The notes under the pieces are model-generated. The model did no database searches. It saw only the letters and a program-made list of their open reading frames with translations, and had not been told where the DNA came from. Positions 33,936 to 45,506 of a stretch of 64,000 bases of DNA are shown here, piece after piece; positions within the stretch are counted from its first letter, which is position 1, and each line of letters starts with the position of its first letter. The DNA comes from Azolla caroliniana (taxonomy: Eukaryota; Plantae; Polypodiophyta): positions 22,878,001 to 22,942,000 of the forward strand of contig JBHGNT010000006.1 of NCBI GenBank assembly GCA_043228905.1, written 5' to 3'. A program made the translations under genes and the position numbers.

Positions 33936-36900
33936 TATGGGTATGAGTGCTATGTGCAGAAACGTGTATGGATCTGTAGTCGGTACTAGACAGCAAACAA
34001 CACATACAGAAAATAGAATAGGCGTGGAGACTTACATAGATGGAGCTTTAATGGAAAGCTTCTTATTACTTCGTTCTTTCTCAGAGATACTTGATACTCT
34101 GCTCTTCATTACTCATTACAATGTTAGGTATTCGCTTATATACTAAGCCCTAACTTATTAACGAGTTCACACTCGGACGGATACAATTTGGAAGGAGTTG
34201 GTCTTTTATACTAACAAACTCCCCCGTAAAAGGACTACTCTTTCTTGCATGTACAAGTGCTTGGGGTTATCTCCCCCATAATTTAACTAGATCTTATGTT
34301 ACAAGTCTGTCGGCAAGTAGCCGATTCGGCAGAGGTATAGTATGAGTGTCAGTCAGCTCTTACCTTCTACTCCTCGTTCGGCTTTCTTCTACTTAGTCGC
34401 TTGTCAGAGCCCTATCTTTGTCCTTAGCGTTGATCTGGGAATGGCTTCGTCAGGCAATCGGCGATGTTCACCTCGGTGTCGATCTTCCGGACTTCAAGTG
34501 TCTTCTATCGCACCTCAATGTGCTTCGTTTTCGCATGGTAGACGGGATTGTTGATGAGGTGTATTGCACTCTACGAGTTGCAATAGATAGTCGGCGCTGG
34601 TCGGTCTATTCGGTTTGCAGTGCCGAAGTTCGCAGTCAGTCGGTACAGCCAGATCGCTTCCTTCGCTGCTTCCGATGATGCTATATACTCAGCTTCTGTG
34701 GTAGACAGAGCCATGCACTCTTGAAGTTTCGAACTCCATGATATCGCACCGCCACCATAGGTGAAGATGTAGCCTGATATCAATTTCCGACTGTCCATGT
34801 TCCCAACATAGTCAAAGTCGGTGTAGCCTTCGATTTCGGCTGAGATTGTCAGTCCGAAAGTCAACTGTGCATCCGTGGTTCATTTTAGATACCTAAGAAT
34901 GTGCTTGACGGCCTCCCAATGCTTCTTTCCTAGGTTTGACATGTACCGGCTGACCACCCCTACGGCATAGGCTAGGTCGGGTCGGGTTGCGACCATTACG
35001 TACATGATACGTAGGGTATCTTTCCATTAAGCTCTCTCTCCTTGTCCGTTGCAAGAGAGTGTCTATCTGATAGTCTGATTGACGTCGGAAGCGGTGTCGG
35101 TGTTGGCTTCGCGTTCTCCATGTTGAAGCGCTTCAACACCTTGCGGATGTATTCGGACTGGGAGAGTCGGAGAGTTTTGGTCGTCCAATTTCGCTCTATC
35201 CTCATGCCCAGTATGTGTCGGTCTTGTCTGAGTTCCTTCATCGTGAATTTTGCGTGAAGGCTCCGCTTCAGCTTACCGATATCTGCTTGATTGCTCCCTA
35301 CAATCAACATGTCGTCGACGTATAGGATCGGATAGATCCTTGACTCATCGGCCAGTTGCCAAACATACATGCATAGGTCGGAGTTTCATATGTTGTATCC
35401 CAACTGCCGTATGTAGGAGTCAAACTTCTAGTACCACATTCTCGGTGTTGTTTTAGGCCATATAGAATTTTCTTTAGTCGACATACGAGGTGATTGTCCT
35501 CCCCCGTCGCTGTGAAGCCTGCCGGTTGAGACATGTATATGTCTTCTTCCAGATCTCCGTGTAGGAATGTCGTCTTTACGTCCATCTGCTCGAGCTCTAG
35601 ATCTTCTGTTGCCACGACTCCTAGTAGGAGTCGGAGGGTGGTCATCTTGACTACTAGTGAGAATATCTTGTCATAGTCGACCTTGTATTCCTGTTTGAAT
35701 CCTTTCGCGACGAGCCGAGCTTTGTACTTGGGTTTCTCTGAGTCGGATACATACTTGTATTAGAACACCAATTTGCAAGGTAGCAACTTTCTTCCTGCTA
35801 GTAGTTCGACCAGCTCCCATGTCTGATTTTGATTAATCGAGTCCATTTCGGATTTCATGGCCTGCAACCATGTTTTGGCGTCTGGTGTGGCCATAGCTTC
35901 ATCATACGTGCGTGGTTGGCCTACATTTGTGTAGTGGACATAGTCGAGGCCCGGTTGATAAAACTCTGTTTGCCTTCGAGCTCGTCCAGATCTCTTGGGT
36001 GCCATAATATCTGGTTCGGATTCTTCAATCGATTCGGATTAACGATCGGTATTTGTTGAACCAGTTGTGTCAGGAGTCTTATTAGGTGTCCCATCCTCGA
36101 TTTGGGATTTCGGCGGTGTTTGGTTGTTCTCCTCTGTGGTTGTTGTCAACTCGATTCTGACTTACCTCTTAGCGATTATGCCTTTGTCGACTCTTGTCGA
36201 TTCGGTTGTGTCTTTGATTGCTTGGTCTTTGAGTTTGACATTAGGACTTGTTGTCGATTCGGTGTCGGTAGGGAAGTTGGCAGTTTGTTGGAGTTCGACA
36301 GTTTGTCAAGTCTCTGATTCAGCCCGTTGGGTCGGTCCTTCTACGACAGTGTCGTCATCTTTGAAGGATACCTTCTTACCAACTGTTTTCTGTTGGTTCC
36401 GTTGAGAGAAGATAGAGTCTTCATTGAAGACTACATCGCTGCTCCGGATCAATTTCCGGTTCTCAAGGTCCCATAGCCAGTAGCCAAAGTCCCCATCGGT
36501 TCCCTAACCGAGAAATATGCATTTTGTTACATGGGGTGCCAACTTCATCCTTTTGTCCCTAGGGATGAACGCGTTGTCGTAGTGTATTTCGTACACTACG
36601 TGAAAAACATATAAAGTATCCGATTTAATAAATATGAAGAAAACAACGAAAATATCAAAATACTTATTACATGCATAGGGCAAGATTTAAACCTTGTACC
36701 TCCACGTTAATAATGTAAAGCCTTACCATTACACTAACATAACATTAGTGTTAAAAAGTATATGTCCCACATAGAAAGCTAAGTTCACGCTAGGATAAAC
36801 TTTAGAAAAAACGCACGATAAAAGAAAAAGCTACACATGCACATCTAGCGTGCATGAACACTATAGTCAATAAAAAGCGCATGACTTTAGAAAAAGAATG

Positions 36901-39755
36901 TTAGAGAAAGCATATAGTCTATTTATAGAAAAAGCATGGAGGGCATAATTAGAGAAAAAGCATGGACTGCCAAGACTCTCGCATCACTATATAAGGATGG
37001 GGAGCACAATGTAATAAAGGGTGTGGAAAACTTTGGAAATTGGATATATTTCTAAAAAAACACCAATTAATAAATTATATTCGTGGGATTCACGAAATAA
37101 ACTATACTTGTGGGATTCACAAGGTTTGATCTCTTTTCTCAATCTACTCTAATCTATTCTAAACTATTTCAATTTATTACTACGATTAAGATAAACTAAA
37201 ACAACTATACTTGTGGGATTCGCAAGTTTCTATCTCTCATTTATATAATCTATTCATAATTAGACTTGTCTCAAATTCTTCCTCCTCCTAGTCCAAAACC
37301 CCAGTGGTTCCCACCCGACTCACACAATGATCTGGCGCAGAAAGGCACGACAACATAGGCTTCGCATCCGAATATACAGAGCCTAGTGTAGGTCAGTTGT
37401 TTGCCTGACCATAGTGCCTGTGGCACTTTGAGCCTGATTTCTCTTGACGGCGCCAGATTTATCAAGTATACTGTCATCTGCAATACCTCCGCCCAGAATT
37501 TCAGCTTCAGTCCGGCTTGCTGGAGCATTGTCGTCACCCTCTCCTGGATCGTTCGGTTGATCCGTTCAGCCACCCCATTTTGCATGGGTGTGTAAAGAAC
37601 AGTCTTTTGATGCCGGATCCCTTTTTCGAACAAGTACTGGTTGAAGGCTCTGGAGGTGTACTCACCTCCGTTGTCGGATCAGAGTGTCTTTACTCTGTGT
37701 CCTGACAAGTTCTCCACTTCAGATGTGCATCGAGTGAAGACATCAAGTGCTTCATCTTTGGACTTGATGGAGTATGCCCAAACTTTCCGTATATAGGCAT
37801 CGAAGAATGTGATGAAGTACCGGGAGCCTCCTAGTGATCGCTCTGGCATGGGCCCACATATGTTTGTGTGCATGAGCTCTAGGGGTTGTCATATCGTCTC
37901 CTAGTGGACAGAGTGCGGACTTCAAGTCTGTTTCCCATATCAACAGTGCTTGCAGAAGTCCGTCTTTGCCTGGAGTTTTGGGATGTAGCCGACTGACATC
38001 AACCGATCAAGTTTGGCTTGAGACATGTGGCCAAGTCAGCCATGCCATAAGTTCGGGTCAGTTTTCTCGGCTACGTTCACGGCCCCTTCAGGGTTCATCG
38101 CCATCAATGGGTATAGATTATTATTCTTATGCCCACTACTGATTTTGAGGTTTCCTCAGCTGATCACCCATGTCGACTCGTGTAGAGTCATTCGATACCC
38201 ATCTTCGGCTAATATGACGATGGAGACCTAACTCCTCTTTAGATCGGGTACATGCCGAACTCAGGGCATGGTTATTGTGTTGCCATTTTGCAATCTGATG
38301 GGAACCTCCCCGGTTCCGGCTATGTTGCACTCCTGCCCGTTTCCCAGTCAGACTATGCCGCTGGCGTCAGCTAAATAGTTCGAGAACCATTCAATGTTGG
38401 GGGTCACGTGAAATGTGGCACCAGAGTCTAGTAGCCACATGTGCGCAACTTGTGCACTATAGAGGACTTCTTCGATCATCAAATCCTCTAGAGAGAGGAT
38501 TTCTCCGAATCGGGTGTCAGCAACATTGATCTAGTTGCCGACTAGAGAGTGGTCCAAGTCGGAACATCCCCGATTCCACTCGGATCACCGACCACTCTCT
38601 TTTCTTTTTATTGACTAGCAGTCGGAAACATTGTGGCTAGGTTTCCTGCAGTGTGTGCAGTACTCACTTGTTCGACCCATTCTCGACTTTGACCGTTGTT
38701 GATCACCCCTTGTTTTCGATCGGCTGTAGTGTCGACCGGTTCCATCAGCTTGTTCTTTCGTTCGACTCTGTCGGTCGAACAACTTGGTTGAGTGATGGGC
38801 TTCTGCCGACTCATCGATGGTTAGTCCCATCGATTTTCGCCTAATGTCCTCTGTGAGGACTTGGTCGGTTGTTTCGTCCAGATTTAGGATCGGTTGGCTA
38901 TTGGCGTAAGTTGTACAGAATACCTCCCAACTTTCCAGCAAGCTTGATAGGAGGGCAAGGGCTTTCACTTCTTCTTAGAAGTTGATCCCTTGTGATGAGA
39001 GCTCTGACAACACCCAACTGAAGGTGTTAATGTGGGAGGTTGCCAGATTAGTCTCTTTCATCTTCATGTTGAACAATTGTTTGATCAAGATTAGTTTCGA
39101 AGATGAGAACTTCTTCTCATAGACGGCTTGTAGCTTCTCCCACAATGAGAACATTCTCGTCTCTTTCGCCATGCTAAAATAGACGTTTTCGGCCAGATGC
39201 ATTCAAATGGTGGATCTCCACTCCTCTGTTGTCATTGAAGCAGGTTTTTCGTTGTGTCGAATGGCTTCGACCTGTCTTTGAATGATTAGCACATCCTACA
39301 CCATCTACTTCCACAAGGCAAAGTTTTTGCCGTCGAATTTTCTAATTTCAACTCCTGTTTCGGATGTTGAAGCCATATTATGTTTGTGAACTTGAGATTT
39401 CTGACCTGGCCTTTTCTTTCAGCTTCTTCTATTGTCTATTGCCGCCGAATAGCAAAGATTCGGCCCTGATACTAGTTGTGGGTACGAGTGCTATGTGCGG
39501 AAACGTGTATGGATCTGTAGTCGGTACTGGACAACAAAAAACACATACAATAAATAGAATAGGCGTGGAGACTTACACAGATGGAGCTTTAATGGAAAGA
39601 TTATTATTACTTCATTCTTTCTCAGAGATACAATACTCTGCTCGTCATCACTCATTACAATGTTAGGTATTCGCTTATATACTAAGCCCTAACCTATTAA
39701 CGAGTTCACACTCGGATGGATACAATTTGGAAGGAGTCGGCCATTTATGCCAACA
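33936..39755 (-). mobile_element. Ty1/copia element Copia-D, full-length but degenerate
   Basis: About 280-bp LTRs 33936-34216 and 39477-39755; TSD CATTC; mutated PBS-Met at 39463-39474; PPT 34219-34225; gag start 39376 (KFDGKNFALWK); INT, RT (LYVDDML), RNase H (ALSTTEAEY). Confidence 0.92.
36575..37352 (+). mobile_element. Solo LTR (778 bp) of the TGTCG...CGACA gypsy lineage, inserted in Copia-D integrase
   Basis: Terminal inverted repeat TGTCGT / ACGACA; 4-bp flanks GCGT / ACAT; TATA-like CTATATAAG near 36987; removal restores CEAYAFIP. Confidence 0.8.
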
Positions 39756-41801
39756 CATTCATCCCAAGCTTCATCTATACACATGGAACAAAAGCATGAT
39801 AAAGTATGGAGTAACAATTGTGTTGTGTCCTTGCGGCTAAACCCTAATACACAATGGGTGTTGCGCGTGCCTTTCACGGTTTTACAACCATATGATTTAG
39901 TTCTATCGACCTCATCAACGCGAACCTCAACAAACAATCTGTTATTACCATCATTTGACATCTTCCATGTTAGCCATTCCACAACATCATGTGCATTTTG
40001 TAACTTAGCACCATTCCTATTCAATTGCTCACTTGTAAGAGGACGTTTGATCACAACCCCCGCGCCATCATGCTCTCCTTTTCCATGTCCAAACCCAAAG
40101 TAGTTCCATTGCATACAAATGTTGAATAGGGAGAAGTACCTGCTTTTGTATCCCAAGTATCCAACAAACATTAGTAACAATACTCCGATAGAAACATAAT
40201 TAGTACTGATGGATTTGTACAAAATTACGTTGAAGCGTAGTACTATGTTGAAGAACAAGAATACTAACAAGTAAAAGATGATTAGTATAGACTCATGTGA
40301 ATGGACAATACTATGTTGTCAATGAGAGTATTATACATCCATTAATACTGATTTAGTACAAATACAAAACAAAGCACAATACAATGTATCCATGGAGAAC
40401 ACTCTACACCGATTAAAAGAAAAATAGTATTATGTTATCAACCAAGAGTACTTAACATCCATTAATACTGATTTAGTACGGATACGACACAAAGCATAGT
40501 ACAATGTGTTCATGGAGAACACTCTACATGTATTAAAAGATAATTAGTACAAACTCTTCAATATTGGATAGTACTATATTGTTGACGACGAGTACTTCAC
40601 ATCCATTAATACTGATTTAGTACAGATACAACACACAATACAGTACAATGTGTCCATGGAGAACACTCAACATGGATTAAAAGATAATTAGTACAAACTC
40701 TTAAGAACGGACAATACTATGTTGTCAACAACGAGTACTTTACATCCTTCAATAAATACTAATTTAGTGCAAATACAACACACAACACAGTACAATGTGT
40801 CTATGGAGAACACTCTACATGGATTAAAAGATAATAAACATAGATTCACGTGAAAAGATAGTACTATGTGATCAATCAAGAACACTTAACATGGTTACAA
40901 ACATAATTAGTATGTATGCATCCGTTTGAATAGTACTGTGTTGTCTATCAAGAGTTTTTTATGTAATTGAAAACATAAAATAGTATTGATGCACAAGGGC
41001 AAACAGAACTAAGTTGGAGGGGACATGATAGGAGAATACCCACTTGTTTTGCAAGAATACTAAAACAGTTAGTGTGTCGACAATTAGTACGAATGCAATA
41101 GGGAGTACCATATTAAGATGTAAACTTTGAACCCAACAAGTAGAAGAATTAAAACAAGTAGTTCTGATTCACGTGAAGGATGAACACAAAAGTATTACTT
41201 CCTTAGACATTGCATTATAAGTACTAAACATATGGATTAAAAATTACTTGGCGATAAAGTAGAACAATCGAGCCGCCTTAAACTTCGAGGCAGCACCATC
41301 AAACCAAACCCAATGGTGGTTAAAACTAAACCTAAAGAAAATAAATCTGCATGGTGAAGCTTAAAATAATGTTGAACAAATAGTGTATCATGCTTTTTAT
41401 CATCCGAAATGTAAAATATTGATTTCTTGTGTAACTCACCGTCTTGTCTCCAATAGCAAATATGTACAAGTATTGTACATTGATCATTGTACCAGTGCAT
41501 TGATTGAACCTCATTTTGAACTTTAAATGTATAGTTTTCTACAAATTCAATAACAGATACCATGATACCCGGTGGTAAGTTATTAATACATTCCTTGAAC
41601 TATGAATTTTGCCAATAACTCCGGAAGTTATGTGGAATGGGCTCCCCAAGTTGTTTCTTAAACTCTAAGACAAGGGTAGCAACACATGTCTCCTTATATA
41701 CTTCCTTGATACGCTTACTAACAAGTTCCTTGCTGATATTTTCAGTCACATACTCTAAATATTTCCATTTCACAATATGATTGTTTCCCACATCAAGCTC
41801 C
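39756..41801 (-). pseudogene. Sola2-like DDD transposase catalytic core: two exons with a GT-AG intron at 40140-41247
   Basis: EFVENYTFKVQNEVQSMHW, ISDDKKHD, HWVWFDGAASKFK, WNYFGFGHGKGEHDGAG, LSCFCSMC; splicing gives an in-frame FIAK-YFSL junction. Confidence 0.8.
40270..40950. repeat. Degenerate tandem repeats (about 120-145 bp) inside the transposase intron
   Basis: ACATCCATTAATACTGATTTAGTAC and CCATGGAGAACACTCTACA recur about 4 times. Confidence 0.75.
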
Positions 41802-42489
41802 TGTCTACAAAATAATGGTAGCGGGCAAACCTTACATGTTCATAAAAGACATGTACGACGATGCCACTCACATGATGGTTCTTTTTCACAAACACAACAC
41901 CTCCATAACTCAGAAACAAATGCATAAGTCATGTTTCCTGCATTACACCTATTATCCTCCCCATTTGGTCTATAGACCTCACAAGTGCAGACACATAATT
42001 CCCCGTGTATACCCTTAGAATCAGAATGTGTCAGATGTCCAAATTAGAAACGAAAAGATTCATAAGAGAAGTAACCCAAAGAGCTTTCCAAGAATATCTT
42101 GCATGTGAAATTTGGGGCTAGAAAACAGAAATAGTGAGGAAAAGAAAAGTCGACACATATAGACAAGATTTTTTTAGGGGAAAAAGGCAAGCAATCCTAA
42201 ACCTATAAATGAGAGCCTATTCTAGTGAAGAAGGGGGGGAGGGAGAAGGAACGCGGAAGCTCTACTCAATTGGAAAGTGGAAGAAGAAGGATCAACAATA
42301 TCGAGACGCATCATCAACAAAGAAACTCCTTCTATACTCCACCTCTCTTCCCCCATTCATTTATAAACAATCCTTCATATTTGCATCCAACCCATTGTAA
42401 CATGATTCTTATATTATAAAAGAATCTATTATATTGATATAAACTAATGTTTTCTTTCATCTACTTGTCTTATGTGTAAATCTTGATTG

Positions 42490-43500
42490 TGCTTATTTGT
42501 TTGTGTGTCTTGTGACAAGGGAGCGTTTTGGGCTTGCCCATGCACCTCTCATTTCATAAAGACATTCAAACCTACATGTCTTATATGTTATCATCGTTTG
42601 TGCTTATTTTCTTATGTGTCTTGTGACAAGGGAGCGTTTCGGGCTTGCCCATGCACCTCTCCTTTCACAAAGGCATTCAAGCTTACGTGTCTTGTGTGTT
42701 AGTGTAAATCTTGCTTGTGTGTTCGTGCGACTTGTGGCAAGGGAGCGTTCGGGCTTGCCCATGCATCTCTCCTTTCACAAAGGCGTTCGAAATTGTTTCT
42801 CCTGTGTGTAAACTTTGCTTGTGTGTTCGTGCGACTTGTGGCAAGGGAGTCTTCGGGCTTGCCCATGCACCTCTCCTTTCACAAAGGCGTTTGAAATTGT
42901 TTCTCCCGTTTGTAAACCTTGCTTGTGTGTTCGTGCGACTTGTGGCAAGGGAGTGTTCGGACTTGCCCATGCACCTCTCCTTTCACAAAGGCATTCGAAA
43001 TTGTGTCTCTCGTGTGTAAACTTTTCTTGTGTGTTCATGCGACTTGTGGCAAGGGAGCCTTCGAGCTTGCCCATGCACCTCTCCTTTCACAAAGGCGTTC
43101 GAAATTGTTTCTCCTGTGCGTAAACCTTGCTTGTGTATTCGTGCAACTTGTGGCAAGGGAGCATTCGGGCTTGCCCATGCACCTCTCCTTTCATAAAGGC
43201 ATTCAAAATTTTGTCTCTCGTGTATAAACCTTGCTTGTGTGTTCGCGTGTTTTGTAACAAGGGAGCGTTCGGGCTTGCCCATGCACCTCTCTTTTCACAA
43301 AGGCATTCAAAACGTTGTCTCTTGTGTGTGTAAGTAAGTCTTTTCCTTGTGTGTCCATGTGTAAGCCTTCCTCACGTGCCTTCGTTCGCCTTGTGACTAG
43401 GGGTTGACTCGGGCTTGCCCATGCACCTCTCCTTTTCACAAACACGTTCAAATACTTGTGCCTTGTTTGTGTAAGCCTTCCTCGTGTTGTGCATGTAAGC
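42490..43500. repeat. 104-bp tandem array (about 9-10 copies) inside the Gypsy-F LTR
   Basis: GTTCGTGCGACTTGTGGCAAGGGAG... recurs at 42721, 42825, 42929, 43033, 43137 and 43241, with diverged outer copies. Confidence 0.95.
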
Positions 43501-43699
43501 CCTATTTCCTTCCCATCCATAACCCCGGCGGTTCCGCCTCACGATCCGCACATAGTGACGGATTTTCACGACATAATAAAAGGGTGAAGCCGATGTGAAA
43601 AGGTGGTAGGAAGGATCAAGTGCTTGAAATAGAAGATGGCTTCTTCATGAAACACCCAAGCTGATGAAGTGGCAAAGTTGGTGGCTATTGTTGAGCATA

Positions 43700-45506
43700 T
43701 GATGAGAGCTCAAGATAATGATGCAAGCTTAGACAAGGCCATCGACTAAACCGTTGAGATAGCGGGCCAATTTGGTGGAAGAAACATTACGGATTTTCTC
43801 GCTACATACAAGACAGAGATGCAACAACGTGATGTCATCGAAGAGAAGCAAATATCAAGCTTCAAGAGTGTCGTAGCTATTGGGTTACAAGGCCGTATAA
43901 GGGAGATTCAAGTGGCCCAAACAACATGGGTGGGATTTGAAAGGGCGCTTTTGGCTGAATATATGCTTGAAGATGCATCGAGGATGACTCGTCATATGTT
44001 GATGAAATGGATGGAGAAGAAGGGGAAGAACATGAACATATCGGGAGTGTACACCTAATTTGACCAAATTTACAACCGTCTCCTGAGAACCGACCAAACA
44101 CTTCTTGAAGGAGATAAAGTTGTGTACTTCTTAAAGACAGTGGATGCAAAAGATAGACGAGAACTAGGTAGTCTATTAGAGGAAGAAGCACAACCCAATG
44201 GTCTCATAACGGATTGGGTTGCGGTAAGAAGAGCATGTGATCGATTTGACAAACGTCGTCGATGGCTAGATGATTCCGACATCATGGGCCCAATCGTCCA
44301 AAGAAGGAAGGCTCCAATAGCAACTGAGATGACAAAGCAAAGTGAGCCGACCGAAAGAGCGATCGAGAACTCTGTCATTGAAGAGTTGGCACAAAAATTC
44401 AAAGTGGTTTCGTTAGCTAATATGAGTCGTAGAGGGCCGAAAGGGAAACACCCATATAGATGTGTATGGTGTGATAGTGTTGATCATGCAAGGAACGATT
44501 GTGCTAGTCTTCAAGAGGCAATTCGACAAAACCTCATCTACATGAAAGGCAACATTATACACTCAAGTGAGACTCGAAAGCCCTTGCAAGTGAATTTCGG
44601 TAGGGGAGGTCTAAAGAAAATCATGGATGAGGCTGATGCGAGCCATGTTGAAGCTATACACTATGTTGCATCCGCCGGTATAAAAATTGGGAAGGAGAAT
44701 CTTGGAATGATTAAACCGGGAACGGGGTTTTGGCCGACTGTCCTCGAATACGAAAAAAAAGGGAAGATTAATTCGGATGATGCAAAGCTAGCCAACCTTC
44801 ATGTACGAGACCTTACCGAGTGGGCGGATCCGGTTGATAACAACACGATCTCCCAAGAGATCATATGCGAAACCCACGAAATGTTTGTGGATGAGAAGCG
44901 GAAGAGGATGGATTTAGATGAAGCCCCTTCTAAGAAACATGACACAAGAAGCTTTAAGAAGAAGGAAGAGATGATCAACACCACATGTCAAGAAGATGGA
45001 AGCTCAAACAAGAGAGCCGAGGAACCAACTCAACCCATTGAAGAGAATGCCAAGAAGGGGAAGGATAGATCGATGCCAACATACAAATTAAGGTCGGATA
45101 TTGAACAAAAAACTAACTTAAGAAAGGTTCTTGAAGAAAGAGTCCTCGATAGCCGTATTGACCTTACATTGAGAGAACTACTTGGAATTGCAAAGGAGTT
45201 CCATGAGACCATCGTCGATCTTATCAAACGTAAAAGACAACAAGCGGATGAGGAAGAGGGAATTTCGACAAAGGTGACAACCAATGCCATAACTATGGCA
45301 AGAATGGAAGAGAAAGAAGAAGATCTAGTGGACAGTCACTATACACGACCCCATTGGGCGAGAGCGACAACGAAAACTCCGGTGAAGATTGGAGAGAAGA
45401 AAGAGACGGTTGTGATTATTATAGACCATGGATCAAAGATTAACCTCATGTCGACAGATTTCCACAAGAAGGGAAGATGGCATATCAACACAAACCATGG
45501 ATGGAA
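43700..45506 (+). pseudogene. Gypsy-F gag and aspartic protease N-terminus
   Basis: FGGRNITDFLATYKTEM, CVWCDSVDHARNDC zinc knuckle, YKLRSDIE...LTLRELLGIA, protease IIIDHGSKINLM. Confidence 0.8.

Larger units (their letters stand above)
41802..45506 (+). mobile_element. tRNA-Trp-primed Ty3/gypsy element Gypsy-F: long 5' LTR, gag and start of protease
   Basis: LTR ends CACGACA at 43573; degenerate Trp PBS GGGTGAAGCCGATGTGA at 43582-43598; TATA at about 42204; left boundary uncertain. Confidence 0.7.

Noticed and set aside
39689-41791. Host gene with an intron
   Set aside because: The motifs are those of a DDD transposase, with frameshifts and stops, embedded in a TE nest.
41797-41810. TGTCTAC as the true 5' end of the Gypsy-F LTR with TSD GCTCC
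   Set aside because: It does not mirror the CACGACA end, and no matching TSD was found; it may be a deletion junction or an intron edge.
42490-43500. Regular repeat array as a CRISPR locus, and the ~100-aa ORFs within it
   Set aside because: Units are contiguous 104-bp repeats with no unique spacers and no cas genes; the ORFs are by-products of the repeat.
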